Source: a virus. From it: a stretch of 64,000 bases of DNA. The notes beneath the pieces were generated by a model. That model had not been told where the DNA came from and searched no databases. It worked only from the letters and a program-made list of their open reading frames with translations. This document shows positions 1 to 8,559 of this stretch, in pieces; the first letter of the stretch is position 1, and the number at the start of each line of letters is the position of its first letter. Location of the stretch: positions 42,816 to 106,815 of IMG/VR virus record IMGVR_UViG_3300006316_000001; one strand, given 5' to 3'. A program made the translations under genes and the position numbers.

Positions 1-396
1 TAGTTGATTCTCGGCACTATCCTCATCGGCAGTGACATGGAGAGTTCTAACCAACCTAGCATGTTCTGGTAAGAATACCAATTGAGTGTACCCTTCATGA
101 ACGTGCTCTTCTGGAACATTATACACACCGATGCGAAGTTCTTCATCTTTAAGTTCTTGAGGTTTGAAGAACCAACGACGAAGAGATTGTATTGAATCAA
201 ACCCGAATACATAATCAGATCTGTTATCCCAAATGTCATCCCATATATCACAAAGCTTACCATCTTCTTGAGGTACTGGGTGACGGGAGATATCTTGACT
301 GATAATGTGTCGTGACGACGTTCGGTAGAATCCAGTATTGACATTTGGATGTGCGTTACTTTCTTCTGTTTTGTGTTCAACGCGGTATACAAGCAT
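1..396 (-). CDS. Hypothetical phage protein, runs off the left edge (not in ORF track)
   Basis: Hand translation from ATG 396 (GGAG RBS upstream): MLVYRVEHKTEES...HPVPQEDG...YVFGFDSIQSLRRWFF..., open to position 1. Confidence 0.7.
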   Translation of the reverse strand, partial: MLVYRVEHKTEESNAHPNVNTGFYRTSSRHIISQDISRHPVPQEDGKLCDIWDDIWDNRSDYVFGFDSIQSLRRWFFKPQELKDEELRIGVYNVPEEHVHEGYTQLVFLPEHARLVRTLHVTADEDSAENQL

Positions 397-405
397 GATA
401 GGCTC

Positions 406-708
406 CTAGTATTTAGAAATGTGTTGTACAGTAACGCGATTCGTACCAGTCTCTCGAACCGCAATCTGAAGCCAATCGTAGTCTTTATTCTTCAGGCTGA
501 ATACACGGTAGCCTTCGTCAAGAAGTGCTCTAGCTGGTTCATCAGGTTGGGCGAAGATTAACTCATTGGTCACTGAGTTGTTCACTTCGTACTCAGAGAT
601 GTAGTCACCTGAATCAGATTTGATTTCAGCGTTCTTACCGCCACCAATAACATTCACAAGGCGCATTGTAGTGCCGCGTGGTATAGTGATATTTAGTTCG
701 TGTTTCAT
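406..708 (-). CDS. Hypothetical early protein
   Basis: ORF directly downstream of promoter cassette 1; likely start MKHELNI at 708. Confidence 0.65.
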   Translation of the reverse strand: MKHELNITIPRGTTMRLVNVIGGGKNAEIKSDSGDYISEYEVNNSVTNELIFAQPDEPARALLDEGYRVFSLKNKDYDWLQIAVRETGTNRVTVQHISKY

Positions 709-730
709 AATTGGAGCCTTAATGATTAGG

Positions 731-793
731 AGGGCTAACAACTAACCCTATAGCAACCATTATACTCTTATTAGCGGAGAAGTAAAGCTTTTT
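731..793 (-). promoter_or_regulatory. Early promoter cassette copy 1 (CTTTAC-N17-TATAAT plus 5' hairpin)
   Basis: -35 at 782-787, -10 at 759-764 on minus strand; one of nine similar copies. Confidence 0.85.
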
Positions 794-846
794 AGGAAGG
801 TTTTTATGCGAAGAGACCCCACTCTAGGTGAGGTCTGATATTGGTA

Positions 847-1203
847 TTATTTTGAGCTGAGTTTGGGACTAAATTCCTCTTGTTCATAACTCCCATCACG
901 TTGTAGTATTATGGAGATACCATTATCCTTTAGTCTTCTCTCCAATAATTGAAGTTTGTGGCGGAAATCCTTGCGGTCACTCTTAAATGCCCCAAATTTA
1001 CTCCAGTTCAGAATGTTATCCAAGATATCTGCAATACTTGCGGGTGCGGCAGTTACTTTACTGTGTTTGAACATTAATATCTTGCCCGTTTCTCTATCTC
1101 GAAGACACGCTTCAATTTGGTCATGACCAACATACGAGAACATCTCAACACGACCTTCAACAATGAATGTACCTTCCTTATCATATTTACAAGACATAAT
1201 CAA
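847..1203 (-). CDS. Hypothetical protein
   Basis: 118-aa ORF overlapping the sigma factor stop codon. Confidence 0.6.
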   Translation of the reverse strand: MIMSCKYDKEGTFIVEGRVEMFSYVGHDQIEACLRDRETGKILMFKHSKVTAAPASIADILDNILNWSKFGAFKSDRKDFRHKLQLLERRLKDNGISIILQRDGSYEQEEFSPKLSSK

Positions 1204-2108
1204 CCCTTATTATCTTCAGTGATGAAATCATCAAAGTGAACATCAGCCAAGTCAACGTAGAATCGAAGTTTCGATAAGCCATCATTTTGAAGTTGACGGA
1301 TTCGTTCTCGTGTTAGACCGAAGTGTTGACCACACTCTTCTAGTGTTTGATCTTCAAAGTAGCGCATTCTGATGATCTCGGAAATGCGAGGTTTGATCAC
1401 ACCAAGATAAGTGTTCACATATTTATTGAATGCTTCAGGATCAACATTCAGCGCGTTACCATCTTCATCGGCTATGTGATCGTGATGATCTAAGAAGTCC
1501 ATAGGTTTACCATCGTCACCTTCAACGATTAGTTCATCGAAGCCTCTGATCGAACCACACATGAGTTTGATTGCGCTTCGGATAGACGTTCTAGTCAGAC
1601 ATGATTCATTGAGGTTCTTTTCTTTGACGTACGCAGAAATGATGTCAATGGCATCAACAGAATCAACAACCGTATTGGCTTGGCGAAGAGCTGCACGGGA
1701 AACCTGCATAGCACGACCAATGTGAACAGGATATCTCATGAATTGGTCAACGTGACCTTCCATCATGTATCGTACTATACTCTGACGAATCCATTGCATT
1801 GAGTACGTTGATAGTTTGAAGCCGCTTTGAATGTCGAATTTATCGATAGCGATCATCAGACCCATCATACCTTGGTTAAATAGGTCAAGGTAAAACTCCT
1901 CACGGCCAGCACCTGAATATTTTCTGGCCATCTTACTAACCAGTTTGATATTGTGCTTGATCAGCTCATCGCGAGCCCAAGCAACCTGACCCTGTTGCCA
2001 TAAATCGATTAGGATTAGCTCACGCCCTTTCTCAAGAACGGAATGATCCATGTAAGGTTTGAACATCTCAGGAAGTTCAATTCTAACTACTTTTTGTTTA
2101 GCTCTCAT
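1200..2108 (-). CDS. Phage-encoded sigma70-family RNA polymerase sigma factor (RpoD/RpoS-like)
   Basis: Region 2 DLFNQGMMGLMIAIDKFD...FKLSTYSMQWIRQSI; region 4 HTH TLEECGQHFGLTRERIRQL. Confidence 0.92.
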   Translation of the reverse strand: MRAKQKVVRIELPEMFKPYMDHSVLEKGRELILIDLWQQGQVAWARDELIKHNIKLVSKMARKYSGAGREEFYLDLFNQGMMGLMIAIDKFDIQSGFKLSTYSMQWIRQSIVRYMMEGHVDQFMRYPVHIGRAMQVSRAALRQANTVVDSVDAIDIISAYVKEKNLNESCLTRTSIRSAIKLMCGSIRGFDELIVEGDDGKPMDFLDHHDHIADEDGNALNVDPEAFNKYVNTYLGVIKPRISEIIRMRYFEDQTLEECGQHFGLTRERIRQLQNDGLSKLRFYVDLADVHFDDFITEDNKG

Positions 2109-2386
2109 ACTACGGACTCCCTGCATCCAATTAGAGAAATGTCTTCTTCGTCCTTATCTTCGAAAAATACGATATCAAGACCTTTTATCTTAAAATAATT
2201 TTTATTGGCGGTAACTTCGGCACCACCATTTTCAAACTGATCAGAAACGGCTTCAGCGTACGCAACCTGCCAATCATCATGGCTGAGTGAAACTGTCATA
2301 TCACATCTACCCATTTCTTCATATCGCTTTATGATGTATTTGAGTAGTGACATAGAGAATAAGATTTCCATTACGCTTTCCCCCAT
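2105..2386 (-). CDS. Hypothetical protein
   Basis: ORF in tightly packed leftward operon. Confidence 0.55.
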   Translation of the reverse strand: MGESVMEILFSMSLLKYIIKRYEEMGRCDMTVSLSHDDWQVAYAEAVSDQFENGGAEVTANKNYFKIKGLDIVFFEDKDEEDISLIGCRESVV

Positions 2387-2577
2387 TTAAACATTCCAGT
2401 AACCATATCTTGCCCCATCCCAACACCATCAATGAATCCGGATAACTCCGCTTCGGACCAAAACTGCTTTGACCAATCAGTTCCATTCAGCGTCAAGAGT
2501 GCGCAGTACTCTCCTTGTGGGGTGGTTTCAGTTTTGATGGTAAACCCACACAAACCAGCCTTAGCATTTAATTCCAT
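2371..2577 (-). CDS. Hypothetical protein
   Basis: ORF in operon; likely start MELNAK. Confidence 0.55.
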   Translation of the reverse strand: MELNAKAGLCGFTIKTETTPQGEYCALLTLNGTDWSKQFWSEAELSGFIDGVGMGQDMVTGMFKWGKA

Positions 2578-2578
2578 G

Positions 2579-2767
2579 TTATGAATCCTTCTTGGTATTA
2601 TCCGTGAAGCACCACACAATGGCCACTAACCAGAAGATTCCGGTGAACAGTCCAATAATGTTGCAAATAAGAATTGCAGCCGCGCTGTTGTGTTTTCGGT
2701 AGCAAGCTATGATCATTGGAGCGAACGCCAATACCGCAACCACTATAAGTAAAATTGTTGAAGCCAT
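2579..2767 (-). CDS. Superinfection immunity protein (T4 Imm-like)
   Basis: 62-aa membrane protein with P.IIA..RKH....I...N....TGI.W..A.VW pattern. Confidence 0.8.
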   Translation of the reverse strand: MASTILLIVVAVLAFAPMIIACYRKHNSAAAILICNIIGLFTGIFWLVAIVWCFTDNTKKDS

Positions 2768-2771
2768 GATT

Positions 2772-3023
2772 CTATCCTCTCATCTCATCGATGACAAATT
2801 GTAATCTATTCAGTTCGGCTTCCGAGGCACCTTTGAGGAAAGCTCTGATGCGCACTCGGGAACCCAGTGTTCGTTTGTTCTCAGAAGGTGCCGCTGTAGC
2901 ACTTTCCTTTACCTTTTTAGCCTTAGTTGGTTTTGCTTCATGCATTTCATTAAGTAAGGCGGTCAGTTGCTTCTCCGCATTCTTATGTGAGGCAGGCTTT
3001 GGACCAATATTAAACATATTCAT
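2772..3023 (-). CDS. Hypothetical early protein
   Basis: First ORF after promoter cassette 2, AAGG RBS. Confidence 0.65.
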   Translation of the reverse strand: MNMFNIGPKPASHKNAEKQLTALLNEMHEAKPTKAKKVKESATAAPSENKRTLGSRVRIRAFLKGASEAELNRLQFVIDEMRG

Positions 3024-3043
3024 TTAGTTACCCTTATATAAGA

Positions 3044-3118
3044 AGGGAAGCTGTTAACCTTAACGCTTTACCCTATAGCAACCATTATACTCTTATAGTT
3101 TTAGAAGTAAAGCCTTTT
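3044..3118 (-). promoter_or_regulatory. Early promoter cassette copy 2
   Basis: -35 3107-3112, -10 3084-3089, 17-bp spacer, leader hairpin 3044-3074. Confidence 0.85.
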
Positions 3119-3510
3119 ATTAAAGTTTTTTAATGTTCTGATCGCTGCTTTGGGTCTCTATTGAAATGTTCCGTTTACATTTTTTTCTTTTTTAGTTTCC
3201 GATATTCTTGTCTCTAATTCTCTCTATTATATTATAACCCCCGTTATTTTCCTCCGGAACGATCAAACGATCATACGATCATTCAATCATTCCTTCGAAA
3301 AGGTCACGGACACGCTCACGCGCATCCTTAGACGTTCAACTGATAAAAGCATGCTCGCGTAGCGACTGTGCACAGCACAGCACAGCACTACACTCCCACA
3401 ACATTCAACAACATCTCACCAGAACATTCCTTATATTTCCCACACACACGCGCGCGAGCATGCACACGAGAGAGACACTCGATATGACCCAGAATGCCAG
3501 TTTAAGTGAA

Positions 3511-3541
3511 TTTCAATAGAAGGCTAATAGGAAGGAAAGTG
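3511..3541 (+). repeat. 31-bp direct repeat copy A (candidate late promoter)
   Basis: TTTCAATAGAAGGCTAATAGGAAGGAAAGTG; recurs at 4780-4810 with 1 mismatch. Confidence 0.75.
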
Positions 3542-3625
3542 TGCTTTTTAAAACACGCGACCTTTCATTTTATTGATGGGATAATTCGATTACCCCATAT
3601 CAAAACTAATGAGTGGGGAAATGAC

Positions 3626-4750
3626 ATGCATTTCAATAAGAAACTGAGAGCTATTGTTCTCGAAGCCGCACCACAACTGAAGGAATCCATTCTTGAAGTT
3701 TTGAAAGCGGATAATGGTGAGATGAAGCTTGACCTTTCACGTAAGGTTAAACTTGACGACTCACTAAAGCTTAATGTTAAAACATTGGCGATCGGTGGTA
3801 CTGGTGGTGAAGCCCTAGCTATCGATGAATTGTTAATGGCTGATATCACAGATCGTGCTATTAACCAATTCTCAGGTATTTTTACTGACCTTGATATTTC
3901 AGTGATCAATTCAGTGAATCATCGCGGTCTTGTGGAGTTAAATTCTCTTGGTGTAACTAAAGGCGTTGAAAACGTTCCTGGTCTACCACAGTCTATGACT
4001 CCAACTGGTGAACTTGGTCAGCTTGTATCTCAGGTAGGTAAGGCTGCTATCATTACTTTTGTTTCGCAAGAAGCAGTGCGTGATACGATGAATGGAGATT
4101 CGGTTTCTCTATGGGATTATATAGTTGAATCGGCTGCGCGCCAAATCGTACATTACTTCTCTATTCAGATCATCGCTGGAGATGGTAAACCTGACCGTCT
4201 TCGTGGCTTGGTATCTTCTAAGCGTATTGATGATGAAGAATCACTGAAGCCTGATCATGAACGTGACCCAGATTTTCTGCAAGTCAAACTATCAGGTGTC
4301 GATGGTGATTTTGGTACTGACGATAAGACAGCAGTTGAGAACATTGTATTTTTCTTGAACTCGGTTCCTTCGAAGAATCGTGCCAATAGTAAAGTGTATA
4401 TGAACTCAACAACTCACGCTGCGATTGAACTTCTTTCTTCTACGTCACCTCGTTTACGATTTGATGAAAAGGTTGTCGATGGTCAACTGGTTACTACCGT
4501 TAATGGTTTTGTAATCTCTCTTGACGATATGATGCCTAATATGGATATGGGCTCAATCCCTATGTTGGTTGGCGATATTAATGCCGCTATTGAGTTTGCT
4601 TGGCACGACAAACAAACTGTCGTTGACCCATTCTCGATTGACGGTGCTATTAAATATAGTCAGTTCCCGCGTGCTTCAGAGCGTATGAAAGATAATACCG
4701 CTTTACGAGCCTTCAAAATGTCAGCTGAAGCGATTCCTGCTCCTAATTAA
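3626..4750 (+). CDS. HK97-fold major capsid protein paralog (second capsid gene)
   Basis: Shares LAIGGTGGEALAIDE, KGVENV.G, GDGKPD.LRG..SSKR and VDP...DG with the MCP at 12958; start at MHFNKK after GGGGA RBS. Confidence 0.85.
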   Translation: MHFNKKLRAIVLEAAPQLKESILEVLKADNGEMKLDLSRKVKLDDSLKLNVKTLAIGGTGGEALAIDELLMADITDRAINQFSGIFTDLDISVINSVNHRGLVELNSLGVTKGVENVPGLPQSMTPTGELGQLVSQVGKAAIITFVSQEAVRDTMNGDSVSLWDYIVESAARQIVHYFSIQIIAGDGKPDRLRGLVSSKRIDDEESLKPDHERDPDFLQVKLSGVDGDFGTDDKTAVENIVFFLNSVPSKNRANSKVYMNSTTHAAIELLSSTSPRLRFDEKVVDGQLVTTVNGFVISLDDMMPNMDMGSIPMLVGDINAAIEFAWHDKQTVVDPFSIDGAIKYSQFPRASERMKDNTALRAFKMSAEAIPAPN

Positions 4751-4779
4751 AACTTGGGTTCAGAAACACAGTTATAGGT

Positions 4780-4810
4780 TTTCAATAGAAGGCTAATAGG
4801 AAGGGAAGTG
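4780..4810 (+). repeat. 31-bp direct repeat copy B
   Basis: TTTCAATAGAAGGCTAATAGGAAGGGAAGTG. Confidence 0.75.
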
Positions 4811-5040
4811 CCGCAACCTTTTAGGTGTTAGCGCAGTTACATTATCACTACTGACTTTGACCCTTCAAACTATGGTGAACAATTCTGGGATGTCTAATTG
4901 AGCGTGATAAGCTCGACCCGAACATGAAAAATTCCCAGAGCCGTAGACCCCCATTTACGACGAGTGTGTTGGGGAATGCCTCGTCGTATCTTACCTTTGA
5001 ACACTTTTCCCCTTCGGGTTGAGTATCCAAAGGTAAGGTT

Positions 5041-5520
5041 ATGAAAAGAATAACAAACAACCAAAAAGAAATGTGGAGACTTTTCCTCCACGATAAGCAG
5101 AAAGGGATATGCCCACTTTGTGGAACTTATATTTCTCTCTGTAATGAAGACGGTAAGGATGAGTCCGTATTGGACCATGACCATGATACAGGTCGTATCC
5201 GTGCCGTTCTCCATCGCAGCTGTAACTCTGCTGAGGGTAGAATTCTGAACTTCGCTGATAAGCGGTGTCGGAGTGAAGACCCTAAATCGTTCTTGGTCAA
5301 CATGGTGAAATATTGGGAAGCTGATTACAGTCATCACCCATTCCACCCTGACCATACTATTGAGGAAGAAGATGAACGTCTGAAATTGAAGCGCAAACTG
5401 AAGAACTTGAAGGCAGCACATGCCATCGATAAAACCAAAAAGCGCATCGCTGAATTGTCAGAAATCATCAAAGCGAGTATCGAACTTGTTCCTCCACCTT
5501 CTGAATGGTTTAAAAAGTGA
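5041..5520 (+). CDS. Endonuclease VII-like (His-Me finger) nuclease
   Basis: Q.G.CPLCG...VLDHDHDTGRIRAVLHRSCNSAEG motif. Confidence 0.85.
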   Translation: MKRITNNQKEMWRLFLHDKQKGICPLCGTYISLCNEDGKDESVLDHDHDTGRIRAVLHRSCNSAEGRILNFADKRCRSEDPKSFLVNMVKYWEADYSHHPFHPDHTIEEEDERLKLKRKLKNLKAAHAIDKTKKRIAELSEIIKASIELVPPPSEWFKK

Positions 5521-5527
5521 GTGCACT

Positions 5528-5761
5528 ATGAATGGTAAAATTCCTGAGCGTGGCTATTTCGGTAGTAGCTCGAAGATGCTTGCACTCACTGATGATTTCA
5601 TTTCTGGTATCCGTCAGAAATGTAAAGAGCGCAAGTTGAAATTCAGCTTCCAGAAGAAAGACGATTACACAACCGATTTCCAAATTGGTTATGATCTATA
5701 TCGTTTGTCTAATAATGGTACGAGCGCATCGACCCAATTTTTGGGCACAATGAAATTCTAG
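5528..5761 (+). CDS. Hypothetical protein
   Basis: ORF from MNGKIPERG; stop codon abuts tRNA-Asn. Confidence 0.55.
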   Translation: MNGKIPERGYFGSSSKMLALTDDFISGIRQKCKERKLKFSFQKKDDYTTDFQIGYDLYRLSNNGTSASTQFLGTMKF

Positions 5762-5836
5762 GACGGTTAGCTCAGTAGGTAGAGCAGTGGACTGTTAATC
5801 CATTGGCCACAGGTTCAAGTCCTGTACTGTCCGCCA
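5761..5836 (+). tRNA. tRNA-Asn (GTT)
   Basis: Cloverleaf: GGACGGT/ACTGTCC acceptor stem, TAGCTCAGTAGGTAGAGC D-arm, GTGGA-CTGTTAA-TCCAT anticodon arm, GGTTCAAGTCC T-arm, encoded CCA. Confidence 0.95.
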
Positions 5837-6380
5837 GTTTCGGTAAAGTATCTCACCTGATCAGTTAGTGAAAATCCGAAGTCACCTTTTAAGAATCTAG
5901 AGTCTATGAAGGTGATGGAGCGGGGCATCTCCTAAACTGCCCAACAATGTTGCATTAAATGAAGTTCCTGACAGTCAGGAAGTGAATGTTCACTACTGGA
6001 CAGCTTCATTTAATCATCGCTTTCTTAGCTGAGTTGGTTTAGTGGGACTCAGACCCAAGAGCCATTTCAAAATATGATTTGCAAAAAGAAAACACCTCCA
6101 CAAACTAGGATATCCGAGTGGTATAAATGGTGCGGTAAAAGTCCGAAGTATCCGCGAATTAATTTCATGCATCCTGAGATTTACAGGCTTCACGAAATCA
6201 TGTGTGTAAGAGCAGGTCGTTTCGCCCCCAAACGTTGTGTGGGGCATAATTTAAGCATTCTTCAACCACTTATAGTTGGCCACCGTATTGTGGTGTCTCA
6301 CTGGAGAGTGTTTAAATTATCTACATTCAGTTCGCCAGAAGTAACTTTTCAAAAGTGCGGTGGTGCTGAATGTTTCATTT

Positions 6381-6458
6381 GTGCCTAAAGCTCATTAGGT
6401 ATGAGCCGTCGCCTCATAAGCGAAGGGTAGATGGGTTCGAATCCCTCTAGGCGCACCA
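6381..6458 (+). tRNA. tRNA with CAT anticodon (Met; Ile2 not excluded)
   Basis: GTGCCTA/TAGGCGC acceptor stem, TCGC-CTCATAA-GCGA anticodon arm, GGGTTCGAATCCC T-arm, encoded CCA. Confidence 0.88.
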
Positions 6459-6487
6459 CTCCAATGTTTGACTATTCAGAGGTATCT

Positions 6488-6718
6488 ATGAAGACTATCG
6501 AACAATTGGTCAAGCATATGAAAGAAACATATGATGTGACCATCACTCCTGAAATGCAAAGCCGCATCGAAGGAATTAGAAAACCGACTAGCAAAACCGA
6601 TTTTCCAGGAATCACGTTGATCGCTCCATATCGTGGCCAGTTTGGTGTACATCGTATCATCGAAAAGGATGAATGCATCTTTTCTATATCTGATACATTT
6701 CTGACCGCAATTAAATGA
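6488..6718 (+). CDS. Hypothetical protein
   Basis: GAGGT RBS, start MKTIEQL. Confidence 0.6.
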   Translation: MKTIEQLVKHMKETYDVTITPEMQSRIEGIRKPTSKTDFPGITLIAPYRGQFGVHRIIEKDECIFSISDTFLTAIK

Positions 6719-6728
6719 GGATTTAACG

Positions 6729-7142
6729 ATGTCTCTTGATCAAAAACACCCAGATTACGCAAAACATGTTCTGATCACTAAAGGTGATGGGAAAGTTACA
6801 GCTTCAAACCTTTACATTTTCACTACTCGAAAGGAACGTCGCGGGTACTTTATCTGTGATAGTGAAGGTAATCCGCTGGAACCGCAAGTGATTAACGATA
6901 AGATCTCTGAGCCTTCAGTTCCTGAGATCACTACACAACCGATGCCTGACCTTCAGACATCTGATGTTGAAATCACTACACAGGCAACTCCTGAACTTGA
7001 AGTGAAAGAACCTGAGATCGAAGTCAAAGTCGATGAATCGGCTGTACCTGAAGACCTTGTTTGCCCTCATTGTGAAGCCAAAGCTCGCACTGAATCTTCA
7101 TATTTGAAGAATCATGGCGACAACTGCTCAATGAAGGTGTAA
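6729..7142 (+). CDS. Hypothetical protein with acidic/Pro linker and C-terminal CPHC...H..NC Zn motif
   Basis: GAGG RBS; EITTQ occurs twice; CPHCEAK...NHGDNC. Confidence 0.65.
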   Translation: MSLDQKHPDYAKHVLITKGDGKVTASNLYIFTTRKERRGYFICDSEGNPLEPQVINDKISEPSVPEITTQPMPDLQTSDVEITTQATPELEVKEPEIEVKVDESAVPEDLVCPHCEAKARTESSYLKNHGDNCSMKV

Positions 7143-7199
7143 GTTTGGTGTTGGGGGTAGTTTCCTCGCCCTCAGCGCCCTTTTGCCTAGGAGTGTGTT

Positions 7200-7595
7200 A
7201 TGATACCTGTTAAGTGTGTCGCTCCAGGATGTCGAACCATCGTTCGTGATCCAGGGCATAGTCGGTGCGAGCTCCACCGCAAAAAGCAAAAAGGGCATGC
7301 CAATAAGGTTCGCGCTGAACAGAGAAAAGTGCAGAACAAAGCGAAGTCCTTTATATACAATACAGCATCATGGAAACGTTTGTCTATTAAGAAGAGAACC
7401 GTTGATCCATTTTGTGAAGAATGTCTACTCCAGAATCCGGTAATCTATAAACAGGCTGACGTGGTCGACCATATTGTCGAACTTACTGATGGTGGTGAGC
7501 CATATCTTTGGACCAACCTCAGATCCCTCTGTCACGCTTGTCACAACCGGAAAACTGCTCAAGAAAAGAAAAAGCGAAAGCGCAATATTGTGTAG
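7200..7595 (+). CDS. HNH endonuclease, packaging-associated (HK97 gp74-like)
   Basis: C..PGC...C..H N-terminus; PFCEEC...VVDHI...NLRSLCHACHNRKT; lies upstream of TerL. Confidence 0.9.
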   Translation: MIPVKCVAPGCRTIVRDPGHSRCELHRKKQKGHANKVRAEQRKVQNKAKSFIYNTASWKRLSIKKRTVDPFCEECLLQNPVIYKQADVVDHIVELTDGGEPYLWTNLRSLCHACHNRKTAQEKKKRKRNIV

Positions 7596-7646
7596 TGTCG
7601 TTCATCCCTTTGCGAACGGCACTACACAAACAATCGAGGATTTATT

Positions 7647-8531
7647 ATGTACATTAAAATAGGTATGCGTGAAATCGAACTTGATCTTGACGCAAAATAC
7701 CATGTGTATGGTGAAAACATCGATGCGCAAGCTGTTGTCGAAATGGACTTTGAGCATCTCAACTGGTTAGACCAACGTATTGTGTCGCAGAGCATCAACC
7801 TCAATCAGGAAATTTCAATACTATTCCATCCGGAAGTTGTCTCTAGCTTGGAGACTGAAATTGAGAACAGTCCTTTTTGGGAGAAAAACCGTTTCGAAGC
7901 TTTAGCCGTATTCAGACGTCTTCAACAGAAGACACCGGATGCAAAAGAAGACAAGCAGAAACGGAAGATGCTGAAGGAAGTTGATTTGAAAGAATCCAAG
8001 TACGTTCAGAAACGCTTCAGAGTCGTGAATATGCTGGTGTCCCGAGGGTATGAACGCCCTGACGCTATGGAATATTTGACCGCAGTTATTGAACAGAAAG
8101 GTTCAGGCGTCATGAACTTGAAGCCAGCTGAGATATGTGATTTCGTTGACATATTCACTGGTGCAGTTCAAGATCCAAATGAAACCCAGTATCATACACG
8201 TGATGATACTCGTCCTTGCACGTTGTACTATTTACAGTTCACTCACCAACAAACGGGTGAGACGTTCAAGAAAATAGGTATAACTGTGAGACCATTGGCT
8301 GAGAGATTTGTATTGGACGTTAAGACATTCGATCTTGACATTATCCATACAGTGGAACTTCCGGCTAATGAAGCAAAAGACATCGAAGCGGCTATCAAGA
8401 AAGAGTTTAAGCCATACAAGTACACCCCTGAAACCAAATTGCGTAAAGGTGGTGATACTGAATGCTTCACTGATGAACTTATTGATGCGTCCGTCATGAA
8501 GATGATGGGCAGAAACAAAGTTTCATTGTAG
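7647..8531 (+). CDS. Protein with C-terminal GIY-YIG-like (T5orf172/MUG113) nuclease domain
   Basis: LYYLQF...KKIGIT...ERF...IE..IK...GDTECF. Confidence 0.7.
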   Translation: MYIKIGMREIELDLDAKYHVYGENIDAQAVVEMDFEHLNWLDQRIVSQSINLNQEISILFHPEVVSSLETEIENSPFWEKNRFEALAVFRRLQQKTPDAKEDKQKRKMLKEVDLKESKYVQKRFRVVNMLVSRGYERPDAMEYLTAVIEQKGSGVMNLKPAEICDFVDIFTGAVQDPNETQYHTRDDTRPCTLYYLQFTHQQTGETFKKIGITVRPLAERFVLDVKTFDLDIIHTVELPANEAKDIEAAIKKEFKPYKYTPETKLRKGGDTECFTDELIDASVMKMMGRNKVSL

Positions 8532-8559
8532 AATTAACAGAAGGTCATTTAGATGGCCT

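Noticed and set aside
1-396. Left-edge ORF as an ADP-ribosyltransferase (YR...F.S pattern)
   Set aside because: The motif is too short and no catalytic Glu is identifiable; left as hypothetical
5909-5945. Fluoride riboswitch (GGTGATGGAG...TAAAC) or tRNA-associated HDV-like ribozyme
   Set aside because: The downstream pairing elements of the fluoride motif and the HDV nested core could not be built; kept only as a generic pseudoknot
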